DNA of 64,000 bases from Thecamonas trahens ATCC 50062 (lineage: Eukaryota; Protista; Apusomonadida), in assembly GCF_000142905.1 (NCBI RefSeq), contig NW_013657638.1, forward strand, positions 213,103-277,102. The letters run 5' to 3'. Below are positions 21,716 through 35,900 of this stretch, one piece after another. The number at the start of each line of letters is the position of its first letter. The first letter of the stretch is position 1. The position numbers and the translations under genes are program-made. The notes beneath the pieces were generated by a model. That model did no database searches. It had not been told where the DNA came from and was given only the letters and a program-made list of their open reading frames with translations.

Positions 21716-21761
21716 CTCCCTGTGCGGGGGGGGTAGCGGTGGGGAACGGGTATCCGTACAT
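20688..21761 (-). CDS. PMM: Eukaryotic phosphomannomutase (HAD IIB) with a low-complexity N-terminal extension
   Basis: [80 protein letters not shown]. Confidence 0.96.
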
Positions 21762-21989
21762 TGCTTGCTGCTGGAGGGGGTAAGGGTGAGGTATGGTGGG
21801 GAGAGGGTGCTGACGTCGCCAACGACTGAAGAGGGGATCGCTGAGAGGGGAGGCGGGGGGGGGGGGGGGGGGGGGGGGGGGGGTCAACATGGTCACGGTC
21901 ATCACCACCATCGCCACCATCATCATCACCACCCCCACAACCACCCACAACCCACCCCCACAACCATCACCATCACCATCACCATCTCA

Positions 21990-23525
21990 CTACTTCATAA
22001 AGTCACTGATCGACGCCTCAATGCCCAGCAATGAGTTCGGAAGCAGCGCGAGGGCGGTGACGTTCTCGTTGTCCAGCAGCGGCTTGATGACCCGCGTCGC
22101 CGACATAAGGATGTGGAAGGCCTGCGCAATCCGCGTTGGGTACGGAAGCGGGAGCACGGTCTTGACGATGGCGTAGGCGGCGACGGCGAAAAAGTGCGAG
22201 ACAAGGACATACGGCCGCGTATCGAGGAGCCCGAGGAGTGACATGGTGCCGTCGCGGGTGATGCGGTTGAGCTTAAAGTACTCAAAGCAGGCGTCCTGCA
22301 TAAACGGCAGATACTCGTTGTCGCGGGCGGCAAAGACGGCGTACAGCGCGTTTGCGAGCACATTCGCCGTCGACGCATGCTCCTTGCGCAGCGTGTAGAA
22401 GCTCTTGAGCTTCTTGGCCGTCGCCTTGCGGTCCGAGAGATCGTCGACCTCGCCGAGGAGCTCCACAAGGAGCTTGCCGTCGGCGAGCGCCACCGTCATG
22501 CCGGCTCCAGTGAGCGGGTGCCGCATGTTGAACGAGTCGCCAAGCGCAATGGCGCCTAGCTTGCGCTCCGGCACCGCAGGCAGGTACGAGTTGGGCATTG
22601 TCCGCAGCTTGGGCGACTTCTCGAGCGCCGCCAGCGCGCCAGCCCGCAGCGCCGGCGGCATCTGCTCGGTCATGGCCCGCACATATTCGCCGTACTCCTT
22701 GCCCGGCACGCTGTTGGGGATGTCGATGAGCATGCGTGCCTCGCGCGACCCAATCGGATAGCACAGAATCGGCGACGGGTCCGCCAAGATGACATGGCCC
22801 GAGTTGGGGAACGGAAGCTCGACGTCCTCGAGCTCCAGCGCAAGGAACGTCGAGGTCTTGGCCGGTTTGGTCTTGGTCAGCAACTTGCGCGCCCGCGACG
22901 CAAAGCCATCGCAGGCGATGGTGAGCCAAGCGTTGATTCGGCCCTTGGAGCCGTCGTCCTTGGACGTGTAGTCGACGCCGAGCACCGTCCCCTCCTCGTC
23001 CTCCCACATCCGGTTGACCGTCGCCGCCAGGGCGGTGACCCCGGGCGCCTCGCGGGCCGCCTTGCGCAGGCCCATCACAAAACGCCCGTGGTGGAAGGCG
23101 ATGCCCATCGGCGCCTCACCGGCCTCGGGCGGGTATGGCAGCCGCACCGCCTCCTCGCCGTAGAACACCCCGTAGCCCTCGATGGCCTGCCCGTCGATGC
23201 CCTCCACGGCCTCGCCCAGGCCCAGCTCGCGGAGGACACGCAGCCCGCCGGGCTGCAGCAGCTCGCCCACAATCCGGTTCGGCTCCGACCAGTCGCGCTC
23301 CAGCACCACCACCGTGTAGCCCTTGCGGCCCAGCACCGCCGCCAGTGCCGCTCCGAGCACCCCGGCGCCTACGATGCACACGTCAGCCGTGTGCGTCACC
23401 GGCGGCGCCGCCGTCTTCCTGCGCCCGCTGCTCCCGGCAGTCGCGGCCGCCACAGGCGCCATCTGCGCCAGCAGCCGTGCCGTCCGCTCCCGCGCCGCCT
23501 CGCTAGTCGACCCACGTCCTGCCAT
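21990..23525 (-). CDS. SQLE: Squalene monooxygenase (epoxidase)
   Basis: IVGAGVLG FAD motif, ERDWSEPNRIVGELLQPGG, FHHGRF, GHVILADPSPILCY, GDSFNMRHPLTGAGMTVAL, NVLANALY, HFFAVA. Confidence 0.96.
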   Translation of the reverse strand: MAGRGSTSEAARERTARLLAQMAPVAAATAGSSGRRKTAAPPVTHTADVCIVGAGVLGAALAAVLGRKGYTVVVLERDWSEPNRIVGELLQPGGLRVLRELGLGEAVEGIDGQAIEGYGVFYGEEAVRLPYPPEAGEAPMGIAFHHGRFVMGLRKAAREAPGVTALAATVNRMWEDEEGTVLGVDYTSKDDGSKGRINAWLTIACDGFASRARKLLTKTKPAKTSTFLALELEDVELPFPNSGHVILADPSPILCYPIGSREARMLIDIPNSVPGKEYGEYVRAMTEQMPPALRAGALAALEKSPKLRTMPNSYLPAVPERKLGAIALGDSFNMRHPLTGAGMTVALADGKLLVELLGEVDDLSDRKATAKKLKSFYTLRKEHASTANVLANALYAVFAARDNEYLPFMQDACFEYFKLNRITRDGTMSLLGLLDTRPYVLVSHFFAVAAYAIVKTVLPLPYPTRIAQAFHILMSATRVIKPLLDNENVTALALLPNSLLGIEASISDFMK

Positions 23526-23929
23526 TCTTGTCTCCGTCCTGCCCTCTGCCGCCTTCCGAGTCGGGTGCTGCTCCTCCCACTCGCGTCAGCCACAACGTGC
23601 GCCCGATCCGCCCTCCTTCGCCGCCGCCGCTGCCACGTTGCCGCCAGTCTCCCGCCACCACCCCCGCCTGCCCCTGGGCCCATCCTTACATCGCCGCTCA
23701 CACCCGCCCTTCTCGCCCCACACTCTCTGCCCGCCATCCTGCGCCTCTCTTTCCACTCTCCCTCCGCCTCTTGCATCCACACGCGCAACCACACACACAC
23801 GCAGCTCCCATGACCGTACCCAACCCAACCCATTCTGCCAATTTTCTCATGATCACTCGTTCTCGCGTCAAGCTGTGGCGCTCTACGCGCACAGGTCCGA
23901 CTCCACCACTACGATCTGTGGGGCATTGT

Positions 23930-26900
23930 TCATTCGCGCAACTCAAGGAACATCGCCACGCTGCGCCTCACCCAGTGGCCAGGCTCGCGATCGGTTGGAA
24001 GGCCGACCGCGAGCACAAAGTTGTTCGACTGCCCTGCGGTTGAGACTTGCCCGTACCGTGCAAGAGTCTTGTACACCGGACAATCGTAGAGCGCGTTCTT
24101 GGCGCTCGGGTCCTCATCGGCCTCGTCACCGTCGCCATCGCCACTCGCCACCACCGGCTCCAGCCAGATGGGCGGCATCGGCGAGATGAGCTCCTTGTCG
24201 CGCTGCTCAACCAGGACACCCCGGACCGAGTCCCACCGCGCGCCCTCGATGAAAAAGCCCGAGACGTAGGCCCCATCGGCCGGCGGCTCCGCGAGCACCG
24301 CGCCCTCGTCCATGACATGCGCCCGGAACACGACTCCGTCGATTGCCACAGAGTACTTGCGGGCGTAGTTCTGAAGCACGCCGGTGAGAAAGGCTTGCGG
24401 ATAGAAAAACTTGCCGAGCCCGTACACCACCGGCGGGCCATCTTCGAACCACCGCTGCAGAAACTCGAGCCGGCTTCGCAAGTCGGCCATCCATGGGCCG
24501 AGCGCCTTCTCCGACAGGTACCCGGCGTCACCCCACGCGCCCGGAACGAGGCCATCAAACACCCGCTGCGCCACTGCGTCGAGCGCCGCACTCATTACAA
24601 TCCGGCCCTGCAGCGCCGCAAGTAAGTCCGTCAGGCTTCCCTCCACAACGCCCAGCAGCGAGTTGTACCGCGTGCAGTCGTGGTACAGAACCGTCGCCAT
24701 CGAGTCCTCGTGCTTGAGCGGGTACTTGGCCCGCACCGCTCTCGGATCCAGCCCGGTCGGCACCAGCGCCAGCAGCTCCTTGACCCGCTCTGCCACCACA
24801 GCCTCGAAGCTGGCCGACTCTTCCGTGTCGGCCTCGTTCTCATCGGCCTTGCTCTCGCCAGCCTCGTCTGTCGCCGCTGCTGCTGCTGGCGCGCTCCCGG
24901 AGCCGCCCGAGCCCAGGGAGACCAGGCCTTCGCAGAGCTTGAGGCCCTCAACCACCGCCAGCGAGAGCTCGGCATTCGAATGGAGGCCAAAGACCTCGGC
25001 CGAGTCGACCTCCGGCAGCGCATCGATGTGGTCCAGGTACTCTGAGAGCGGCCCGGCACCAGGTGCCCGGTACTCGCCTGTCGACGTGTAGCGCCAGCCA
25101 GACGAGAGCACCTTTTTCGAGAACAAGCCACCGAGGAGCGTGGCACACAGCCGCCGGTCCCAATCGTCGGTAATCCGTCCGCCGTACATAATTTCGCCCG
25201 TCAAGTAGTTGAGCGCGTAGAACGGAACGTCCTGGTTTGCCTCTAGCAGCAGATACAGCTGCTCCTTGGACGCAAGCAAGTCCGACTCGGAGAACTCGTA
25301 CGCCTTGTTCCAACCGAGCGGACCAAACTTGCGGCGCTCCTGGACCAGCGCGTGGAAAAAGGTGAGCATCCACGTGAGCTTGTGTGCCACCGGGTCGCGC
25401 CGCGCGTCCGACGCAAAGTGCTCGTCCTCGGAAAACGAGACGTACGACCGTCGCATGTTAGCTCGCACGCCGCGCGGCGGCTCGTTGGTGATCTTCACCC
25501 CGATCTGCAGGATCGAGACCGGGAACCGTGGCGACGGCTTGGAGGTCAGCCAGAGCCGGAACTTGGAGTGGACACGTCCGTTCTCGTCAGGCAGCTCGGC
25601 CACAATCTTTTCCAGTGCGGGCATCCACGAGAGGAGCAGGTGGCAGTTCTGGAGAACAACCCAGTGCCCAAAGTCGATGCCCTTCTCGATCTGCTCCACC
25701 GCACGCGCCTCCTGGCCCTGTCCCAGCGAAATGACCACGATTCGCTCAGACGACATCCCGCGCGACGCACCAAACTTGTACAGCTCCTTCAGCGGGTCCA
25801 CGCCCGGCGAGAGAATAAAGATGAGCGGCACGTTGACACGCGAGTCCTCAAACGCAGACGCGAGCGAGAACGGCGGCGGCTCCACAAACTCACGCCCAAG
25901 CAGCTCCTCCACAAGACTCGCCAGCATCGTCCGCATCCGATCCGGCCGCAGGCACCGCAGGATGCACATTCGTTGCAGCGTTGTGAGGCCAGAGCTCCAG
26001 CTGCCTGGCCACATCGCAGCCTCCGGCACCGCAGCCTCGTACACACCTCGCCACCCGTCGGCATCAGCCCCATTGATGCTCTCCGCCAGCCCGGCAAACG
26101 CAGGGAGCTTGGTCAGCTCGCAGACCTGGACCCACGATGCGTCGTTGAGCCACTCGTCGATGTCGACGCTCTTCTCCTGGTCCGCCGCAATGACCAACCC
26201 TGCTCCGCGCTGCACAAAGTTGAGCTCATCGTCGTCAAGCTGCTCGCGGTTGAGTGTCACCGCGAGGTGGAGCGAGAACAGGAGCTTGTGCTCCTCAAAC
26301 AGCGACCGGCAGACGTTGACGTAGAACGCAGACGAGAGCGCCGTGTTGAGCGCAGCCAGCCGTCCGTTCATGTCCTGTCCGGCCACGTGCGCCGTCGCGT
26401 CGATCGTCCCCGAGTACACGTTGAGGAACCACCGCAGCGAGAACTGGTACATCGGGTCGAGCTTCTCCAGACATGCAGACGTAAAGTAGAGCTCAGTCCC
26501 GCGGAGCGCCACAGGCTTAAACTGCGACCGCGCCGCATCAATGTCCTTCTCCGTTACCGCAGCCTCTTTCAGCCGCTTGGCAATGTCAATAGACGTCCGC
26601 TTCGAGTTCTTGAGCGTCTGGATGAGCACATCGTCCTCCAGAATGTCGCCAGACGCCGACGAGAGCAGCTCCAGAATTTTGTCCTCCAGAGCAGAGAGCG
26701 CCGCCATGTCCGCCGCGTTCTCACGAATGATTGTCGTCTTCTTAGCCTCGATCGCCTGGTTCTCCTTGGCCACAACCACCGCCAGCAGCTGCTCCTCTAG
26801 CCCAGCCCGCGTCACCGCAAAGTTGACAAGCGTCACTTGCGTCGCTAGCTGCGGCGGGAACCCGCCCGAGCGCCGCGATGTCATGTACATTTGGAACGAC

Positions 26901-29900
26901 TCGGTGTACGGCACCATCTTGTCGGCCAGCCGCACCACCCGCATCCCATCCTTAACCACCACAGCCCGCCGGACAAGCTCGTTGAGCACTGCAGGTAGCT
27001 CCTCGCCGACGTCCTCCAGCAGCAGAGTCTTGCCCGACACAATCGCGGCCTCCACAACCCGGACCAGGTCCGGTGCGCTCGGCTTGACCACCACAAGCCC
27101 CAGGCCCGAGCCAAGCGACGCACCCGAGCCGCCAGTACCGGCACTCTCACCCGGAGTTCCGCTTGTTCCTGCCAAGTCAGCGCTGCTCGGCTCGCCATCG
27201 CTCTCGCCCTCGTCGTTTGAACCCGACACGTCGTCGCCGTGGCTTGGGGATGCAGGCGCGGGTGCCGTGCCGCCCACAGGCTCCGGCCCGGCCTGTGCCG
27301 CCCGCCGAATCCACGAGTTCGCCTGGCCCTGCGGATCAACCAGGAGTGGCCACTTGGACGTCGACGAGGCAATGACCGCGTTCTCGGCAGAGTACCCGCC
27401 GCGTGGAAGGCCCAGAATCTGCCATCCGAGCAGTTGCAGCTCGTCGCCAAAGACCTTGACCACCGACCAGTCGGCAGAGACCATCATGTTCTTGCCCTCG
27501 ACAAGCGCTCGCCACTTGGCCACCATCTCCCGTCGCGCCTGCGTCCCCACCTCGCCAAGGTACACCACCACGCCGGCAGCAAGGAGCACGTCGCCGAGCT
27601 GCGAACCAAACTCGGCCGAGAGCTCAACAACACGCTCCCGCCACCGCACCTTTTCGTCGCCGAGCCCGTCGTTGAGCTCCTCGGCGCGAGCAATCTTGAG
27701 CTTGCACTCTTCGACCTCGGCCTCCAGCACTGACTTTCGCTCGTCGGCCGCCACGTACTCGGCAGTGAGCTCATCAATTCGCTCCTCGACTTCGCGGAGC
27801 GTCGCCCGTGCAGCCTCCAGCCGCGCCAGCGTCTCATCGAGCGAGACCTTGGCTCCCTCGGCCTCGGCACGCAGCGGCTTGACACGCTCGTTGACAAAGT
27901 AAAACTTGTACATCGACGTCACCCAATCGGTCATCTTTGCGCATGGGACCGAGATCTTGGCCATCTTGGCCGTCGCAAACTTGGGGTTGGTAATGTAAGG
28001 CTCCAGCCGCGCCACCGTCGCCGCCGTAATCGACTCGGGCTCAAAGCCGAGGAGCTTCTTGACAAAGCCGTCGGCCATGAGCGACCGCGCCACTGGCCAG
28101 TAGTCAGGCACCTTGCTCCCCGGCCGCGGGCCGGCCACCATCTTGGGCCGGTGGCCCAGCAGAATGCACACCGCCTCGATGGCAATGGTCATGCCTGGCG
28201 GCGGGTGCTGCATCGATCGGATCTCCACAATGTCGGACGGCCGCAGTTCCTGCAGTGCCCGCTGCGCAGCCTCCAGCTCCGGCAGCGCCTCGGAGAGCTC
28301 GGCCTCGGTCCGCTCCACCATCTGCTCGCACACCTTTTGCTCCGCCTGCGCCTGGACCTCCTCGGACTCGACCGCAGCTTTGGTCTTCTTGGCCTCGGCC
28401 TGGTTGACCGTCAACGTCTCGATGAGCGCCTCGACCTCGGTTCGCGTCTTGGAGAGAACAGGCAGCTTGGTCGAGAGATCCTCCTGCAGCGTCGCCACAA
28501 GCGCCTCGACCTTGCCCAGCTGCGCGAGGCCGGACCGGAACCGCCCAACCTCGTTCTGCAGGCTCTGCCGCGCCGCCATGTACGAGTCGCGCGCAAACTT
28601 GAGGAGCTCCACAAACCGCGACGGTGTCACGTACAGCTGCGAGAGCGTGTACTCTTCCGCAAGCTGCACCATCGACGAGTGCATGCCGACAGCCACCTCG
28701 ACAACCGAGGAGAGAAGACCAAAGGCCTCGGCCTGTGGCACCCGCTCGCCTTCGCCCACACGGAACGGGGTGTGCTCCAGCGTCGCAGTTCCCACCGCGT
28801 GCAGGGCCTCGATCGGCCATGGGCCGTACCAGTCGAGTGTACAAGCCGTGACAAGCGACGGAAAGTCGCGAAGTCGCTGCCGGAACAGCGCCGACGACGG
28901 TGACATACAGAGGACAAGATGGAGGTTGGCCCGACGCGCGAGACAAACTCCTGGTACACAGCCTCGCGGGTGAGGCCAACCGTTGCCGACGCCCCGCCCT
29001 TGGCCTGCAGCGCCGCAGTCACCGACCGCGAAATGATCTCCATGTCGTCCGAGCCAAACAAGTTGGGCACGTCACCGTTGTGCAAGATGTTGTCGAGATC
29101 CTCCAGGAAGGCCTCGTCGATGGCCTGCGCCTCGTCAAAGAGAAAGACCACCGGCTCGCCCTCGGCGCCGGCCAACTTGAGCACTGTCCGCAGGTCCTCG
29201 TGCCACTCGTTGCGCGAGTACTTGGACTTGAGCTCGATGGTGAACAGGTCGTAGTCGCAGAGCGCAGCCGCTAGCCGGGTCAGCGACTTGCGACCAGAGC
29301 CACCAGGCGTACCCAGCAGCAGCGCGTGACCGCGCTCCTGGTCGATGGCTCGGACAAGGCGCACAACATGCTCGAGCGCGTTCTGGAAGAGCACAACGTC
29401 GAGCTGCGCAGAGTGCATCGAGTTGTACTCGGTCTTGGCTGCCTCAACCCGCTCAACAAGACCTTGCCCGTCGCGGACTCGCGAGTAGGCCCCGTCATCG
29501 TGCGCAAAGCGTGCAAAGAGGAGCGGCTCAGACTCGGCCTGGACCGGCCGCGAAAACGCCGAGCTTCCGATGGTGTCGACAAGGCCAGTAAAAACAGCAG
29601 CATCGGCACCAAACAGCCGGTCGCCAAACTCGCGCGTGCACTCGTGCCGCCAGAGCAAAAGCCACTCGGCGGCGTGGACCATCTTCTCCGGTGACGCCCG
29701 CAGCATGCCGCGGAAAACCTTGAACAAGTTCCGCATGTTGAACACGTAGTGCGGCTTGGACGGTGTCGGCTTAAAATGCTCAATCACTGCCGCGTAGACG
29801 TCAAAGGTGGCGGAGATGACACTCGACGAGAGCGAGCGGATGTCCGAGAGGAACTTGGAGAGGTGCGTCTTGAGAATGACTGAGAAAATGTACTCGAGCG

Positions 29901-32900
29901 ACTCACGCTCGTACTCGGGCGAGTAAAGGACGTTAAAGTGGCGCAGCAGCCGCTGCGAGACCGGCGCCTTGCCCGACCCGAGTGTCAGCGCGCCGGCAAG
30001 CTGGACGTCGACAAGCTCCACAAACTGCTTGTCGAGGCTCTCCGAGTCGTACCACCCGCCCTGGTCGCACACCTGCCGCAACAGCTGGATCGGCGGACGT
30101 GCCCCGTACTTTTCAGGCGTCGGCATGTTGAGGTCGTCGACAAAGACTACCAGCGACTTGCCGGGCATCGGGCCGAACACGCCCTTTCGCCGCCGGTCGA
30201 CCTTGGACGCCAGCAGCGCTTGCACGTCGCCGGCGTGAACCGTCGCCGAAAAGCCCACAAAGGTAGGCACAAACCGCGAATCAAGCTTGCGGAGCAGGAC
30301 CTCGCGCAGACCATAAGTCTTACCGGCGCCGGATGTGCCGGCAAGCAAGATCCGCTGGTGCGACCGGATGAGGAGCTCGGCAACAAAGCCGAGCGAGACA
30401 GACTCGACCGTCGGCACAAAGACTTGCGAGAGCGGGATGGCCGCGTCGAGCTCAAACCCATTGAGCTTGGTGCTCCATGCCCGCCACCCCACCTCGGAAA
30501 CGCTCAGCTTGAACTCGTAGTCAAAGATGGTGCCCTCTTGCGGAAGTGGATACATGAGCTTGCTCAGCTTGGGCCCGGTCTTGACCGCCGGTGGTGCCGG
30601 CGTCTCAGCGCCCTCGACAGGGCCCGCACCGGCTCCGTCGTTGCTGCCACTCATCTCACTCTCGCGAGGATCGAGTGCAGGTGCTGGCGCCTTTTTCTTG
30701 CGCGAGAGCGCCTCGCGGACAATGGCATCAAAGGCAGCGCGGTCGTCAGTCGACTCGAGAATGGTGCCGATGGACCACGCGACGGCCCAGGCAAAGACAC
30801 ACTCAAAGACAGACTGGAGTTCGACGTCCGAGTAAGCAGTGCCGATTGGCTCAAGGAAGGCGCGCTTTGCCTCGTCGGCCGACGCGAGCGAGGCAGCCGC
30901 GAGCGCCGCTTCGTCGAGTTCATCGCCGCCATCGGCGGCGTCGTCGTCCGAGCCGTCACCGTCGATGTCAAAGTCGTCGTCGTCGTCGTCGGCGTCGTCG
31001 TCGTCGTCCGAGCCCGAGCTGTCATCCGACTCGGAGGCCACCCTCGACTCGGGCGGGCTCACCAGGGGAATGAGGACGTCGAGGAGGATGAGGAGCGAGC
31101 GCATGAGGCCGGCGGTGCACGTTTTGAGCGAGAGCTCAGTGCGGAGCACAAGGCTGAGCGCCGGCGCGACGAGGCTGGTCATGAGGCGGTCGATGATGGA
31201 CCCAAAGGCCTCAGCGACGTGCGGGACGAGGCGGGCGCGCCATGACGCAGCCCAGTGGTCCCACTCGATGGTGTTTTCGTTGACGTACACCATGCCGCAG
31301 CGCGAGACCGTGGCCGGTGAGGCCTGCGACAAGTCGCGAACCTCAAAGACAAACGAGACGCGCGGCGGAATTTTGATTCGCTCCGAATTGGGCAGGCAGA
31401 GGAGCTTGTTGTCGTCGAGCACGGTGTTCATCGACTCGATCCACAGCGAGTCGACCGGGCCGTCGAACACAATCCACTGCAGCGGGTGGGCGCCGTTGGG
31501 CGCCGACGCCGGCGGCGGCTCGGCGAGCCGCTCGACAATGCCGCGGACAATGTGCGAGAGGATGCCGTCGGACCACTCCATGGTCACCTCGTTGACTTCA
31601 CCGTAGAGCTGGCCCATGGTGATCGACTTGGGATTGATGACGTGGTCCTCGACAGGCTCGCCGGTGGCAGTGAGCGCATCGCGGAGAACGGACCGCGCAG
31701 CCGACTTGCCGGTTCCGGCGGTGCCGACGAGCATGACGCCGTGACGGACCTGGAGTGTCTCGTAGTACTGGGTGATCTTGTGGATAAAGGCCGGCGCCGG
31801 TTGCAGGTTGGCCGCGGCGAGGGTTTCGAGAATGGCGTCGTCGAGGTTGCCGTAGTCGGGCACCGGCGGCGAGGCTGTCGGGAACAGGTCGGAGAGAATG
31901 CCGGTGAAGAGCGGGATGTCGTCGGCCACTAGCTTGGGCACGTTGCAGTCGGAGAGGGCGCGGTAAAGAATGAGCGCCTCGTCGTCGTCGTTCATGGCGC
32001 GGCCGAGCGAGGCGCGTGAGGCGCGCATGAGGCCACCGGCGGTGGAGAGCACGGCCTTGATGGTCCGCATGCCAAAATCATAGTGGTCCTGCGACGAGAG
32101 CTGCTCGGCGGCGAGCTTGAAACAGTTGACCATCTTGCGGCTGAGCGACGGCGCCGACTTGAAGCCCTCCGAGTAGAGAAGAATCTCGCCGATGAACGCG
32201 TAGTCGGCCTTCATCATGGCAACCGGGCGGAAGAGGGCCTTGAGGTTGTTGGGCAGCTCCGTCCGCCCGGCGTACCCGGGGTTCATGGTGATGAACACGG
32301 TGCAGGTTGGGTCGAGGTCGAGAAGCGTGCCCTCAAACATGAGCTGCTTGGAGCCTGCGGCGACGCCGCGCTGGATGGCAAGGATTTGCGAGGCAATGAC
32401 CGAGAGCACTTCGATCTCGATGCGATTGAACTCGTCAAAGCAAGCCCAGGCGCCAGCCGAGGCGAGGCCCTTGAAGAACTTGCCCATCTGCAGGTAGTCA
32501 AGCGCTTCGGAGCAGTTAAAGACGACGCACTGCTTGGCGACGGCCTTGGCCAAGTCCTTGCACGTTTCGGTCTTGCCGGTTCCGGCCGGCCCCGCAGGCG
32601 CGCCACCGAGGTGCAGGTGCTGCGCCGACATGAGGGTGCGGTAGCAGCGGTCGGTGAGCGGAGTGATGACCAGCCGCGAGGTGTTTCCCAGGTACTCGTA
32701 GCCGTAAGCGAGCGTGGCGAGGACCATGCGGACCTCAATCTCGCCGTCGTCCTCCATGTAGAACCGCATTTGGGCCTGCCAGCGAAAGTCGGACTCGACC
32801 ACAACCTTGTGGGCGATGAGCTCGCGGACGGTGTCACGGTTGTGGACATCCATGACAAAGAGTGAGCCGAGAGTGAGCTGCTGGAGTCGGGTGAGCGGCG

Positions 32901-35900
32901 AGCAGACGAGCTCGGTGAGCCTGTTGAGCTGCTCGACGAGCTTGGCCTGCAGAATCTTGAGGCCGCGCAAGTCGCGGTCGCGGAGGCAGCGGGTGACGAG
33001 CTGGGTAAAGACGAGCTGGTTGACAGCGAGCACGATCTGGCCAGGCCAGGCAAGGACCCAGTCCTCGCGAACAGCAGCGGCATGGTCTGCGAGTGAGTCG
33101 CGGACCTGGGCAGCAAGCGCGGTCCGCATGGCTGACTGGACGTCAAGGAGCCAGTGCTCAACGTCGCGGAGGGTGGAGACGGCCGAGGAAAAGGCAATCG
33201 ACTCACCCTCGGCCGAGTTCATGGCGGTGATGTCGATGAGCTGGCGGCCGGTCCGGGACTTGGCGCCGTCGACCATGGTGAGCGAGTCGATGTTCTCAAA
33301 GCACTTGCGCAGGTACGGCTGGACTCGGGTCGGGTCAGTCGACTTGGCCAGAATGTCGAGGAGCTCGTCGTTAGAGAGAAAGTAGAAGCGCGGGAAGACC
33401 GATCGCTTAACGTCGAGGTAGTTCTGGAGGAGCTCCATGATCTGCTCGAGCAGGTCGTGGCACTCAATGAGAACCTCTAGAACGTCCTCGTTGTCGCAGA
33501 CCGAGAGGACGGCTGGCGAGCGCGAGACCTTGTTCATGGTCCGCCGCCACGACGCATCGACAGCGTCGTAGAGCATCGAGCCGCGCGGAAGCGCGCGGTT
33601 GATGTCGTCCGACGAGAAAATCGGGTTGAGGTACATCCACGAGCGCTGGACAAGAAGCCACTTGTCGATGGTGGCTTGCACGAGCTTGAGCTTGGCCGAA
33701 AACTTGCGGGTCGCCTCCTCGAGCGGGCCGATGAACGGCGACGAGAGCATGGTGGCGACCGAGACGGTGTAGTCGTCGAGGAGGGTGACAAGGTCATCGG
33801 GGGCACCGATGATGAACGTGTCCGAGCCCTTGTACGGGAGAACCTCAAACGACTCGCGCTTGAGGCCGACAATCATCTTATCGAGTGTTGTCTCCAGGTT
33901 GTACTCGTTGATGGCGACGTCAGCGACCTTGGTCACCTCCTCGATGTGGTTCTCCAGATGCTGCTCCACAAAGTAGTACAGGTTCCAGTCGGCCTGCGGC
34001 GAGATGTTGAGGCCGGTCTTCTCATTGAGCTGGGCCCAGTGTCTGCGGCGGATGCCCGGGTGACGGAGCTTCTTGATGATGGGCATGTGGGCGCGAAAGG
34101 TCTCGATGGCCTCCTTGAGGGCGGTGGCCGCCGTCGCGCCTGCAATATGCTGCCCGCGGAGCTGGCGAAGAACCTTGGAGTTGGTCTTGTACGTCTTGAG
34201 AATGAACTTTTCCATGGCACTGGCTGAGAGCGTGACAAACGTCTGCCCAAGCCACGTGCCCTGCTTGGTGAACCAGGCAGCGGCGTTGGACCAGAGCGTG
34301 TAAATGGGCTTGAACTCGGCAAGAGCTTCCGAGAGGACCGGGAGTGGCGACGGCTCAAACTCAAACAGCCGCTCGTGCTTGTTGTACAGCGCGTGCTCCT
34401 TGACCAGATCGCGGAGCGTGGTTCGCAGCGCCGCCGCTTGCTCGCCGAGCGTCTCGGCGTCGTCGAGGTTGTCGGCAAAGTCAAAGCTCTTGATGGCAAT
34501 CGAGGCGTCGATGGCCCGGGCCTCGAGGTTGGAGAGCTTCTCCTTGATTTCGCGCGTCATGTTGATGCGGACAAGGCCCATGAGGCGTTCGGTCTCGACC
34601 ATGGTGGTGTCAAGCTTGCGCGGCCACGAGAGGATGTGATAGTGAGCGCTGGCGATGGCGTCGGAGATCTCATAGCCAAACGACTCGAGGAGGGCAAAGC
34701 GAGCGCTGAGCTCGGCGGCGCGCTTGCCTAGCTTGCGCTTCTCCTTGGGGAGCGAGGCGATGAACTTTTTGAGCATGGTCAGCTCCTCGGGCGTCTCGGG
34801 CTGGGTAGTGAGCTTGACGTTGATGGCCGCGTACCGCTCGTCGAGGGCTTGGCAGTACTCCTGAGTGTCGACTCGGAGTGCCTTGAGGAGCGCACGCCGA
34901 AGCCGATGCGCGGCCCGCTCGAGCTCAGCCTTGACCTCGACGACCCTCACCTCGAACATGCCCATGACCACTCGCTCGTCGATGAGCGAGCGGATGTCTA
35001 CAATGAGGCTTTCAACTTTGCGGACCTCGTCGGCGTAGTCGGCCGGCTTGGGCTTGGGCTCGCGCGCAGTGAAAGAAGCCACATACTCGGTGTGGGTCTG
35101 CGCCAGGAGGACGTGGAACCGCTCAAGCCGTGAGAGGTAGCCGCGCATGTACGCGCCTGACCAGTCGAGCGCCTTGTCGAGCGCAGCCCGCGCTTGCACC
35201 ATACCAGGGCTCGACTCGTGGTCGGGCGCAAGGAGCGGCGGGACCTCGAACGGGCGAAACTCGTCGATCTGGACAGTCGGGAGATCCTGAATGGCACTCA
35301 CGGTCTCGTCCACGAGGTGGTGGAGGACTTCGCGGACATGTTCGACTGACGGCGAGTAGACAAGCAAGCCATCGCTATCGGGCGAGACCTCGAGCGTGAC
35401 AGTGAAGAGCGGCGTCTTGCGCGGCAAGTACTTGCCCGGCACGCCAAAGAGCTGGAACATCGGCGCTGGCGGCGGGACGCCCGGCTCCGAGGCCGCGACG
35501 ACGGCACGGGTCAAGGTGCGGGCGCGCCGCTTCTTGACCTTGGGAGGCGCCAGCGCTGTGGTGGTGCTCGGGCTGGGTGGCAGCGTCTTGGAGGCTGTTG
35601 CCGCGAAAGTGGGAGCGTCTTCGGGCACGTCGCTCTTGGCCGAGACTGCCGACGGCCTGCGTGATGCGGGTGTGGAGGCTGGCGCAAGGGCGGCATCCGG
35701 CGCAGGCGAAGCGTTCCCGGTGACAAAGTTCTCGGCGTAGGACGAGACAAGAGCGGAGAGGTCTTCCTCTTTGGTGCGCTTCTTGCGCGACTTGCCGGAG
35801 CTGGCCGAAGCGCCGTCAGCGGCAGCGTCGGCAGCGCCGGCGAGCGAGGGTGCCGAGTCGGCCGGAGCAAGCGAGGCGGAGGAGCTTGCAACGGGATGGG

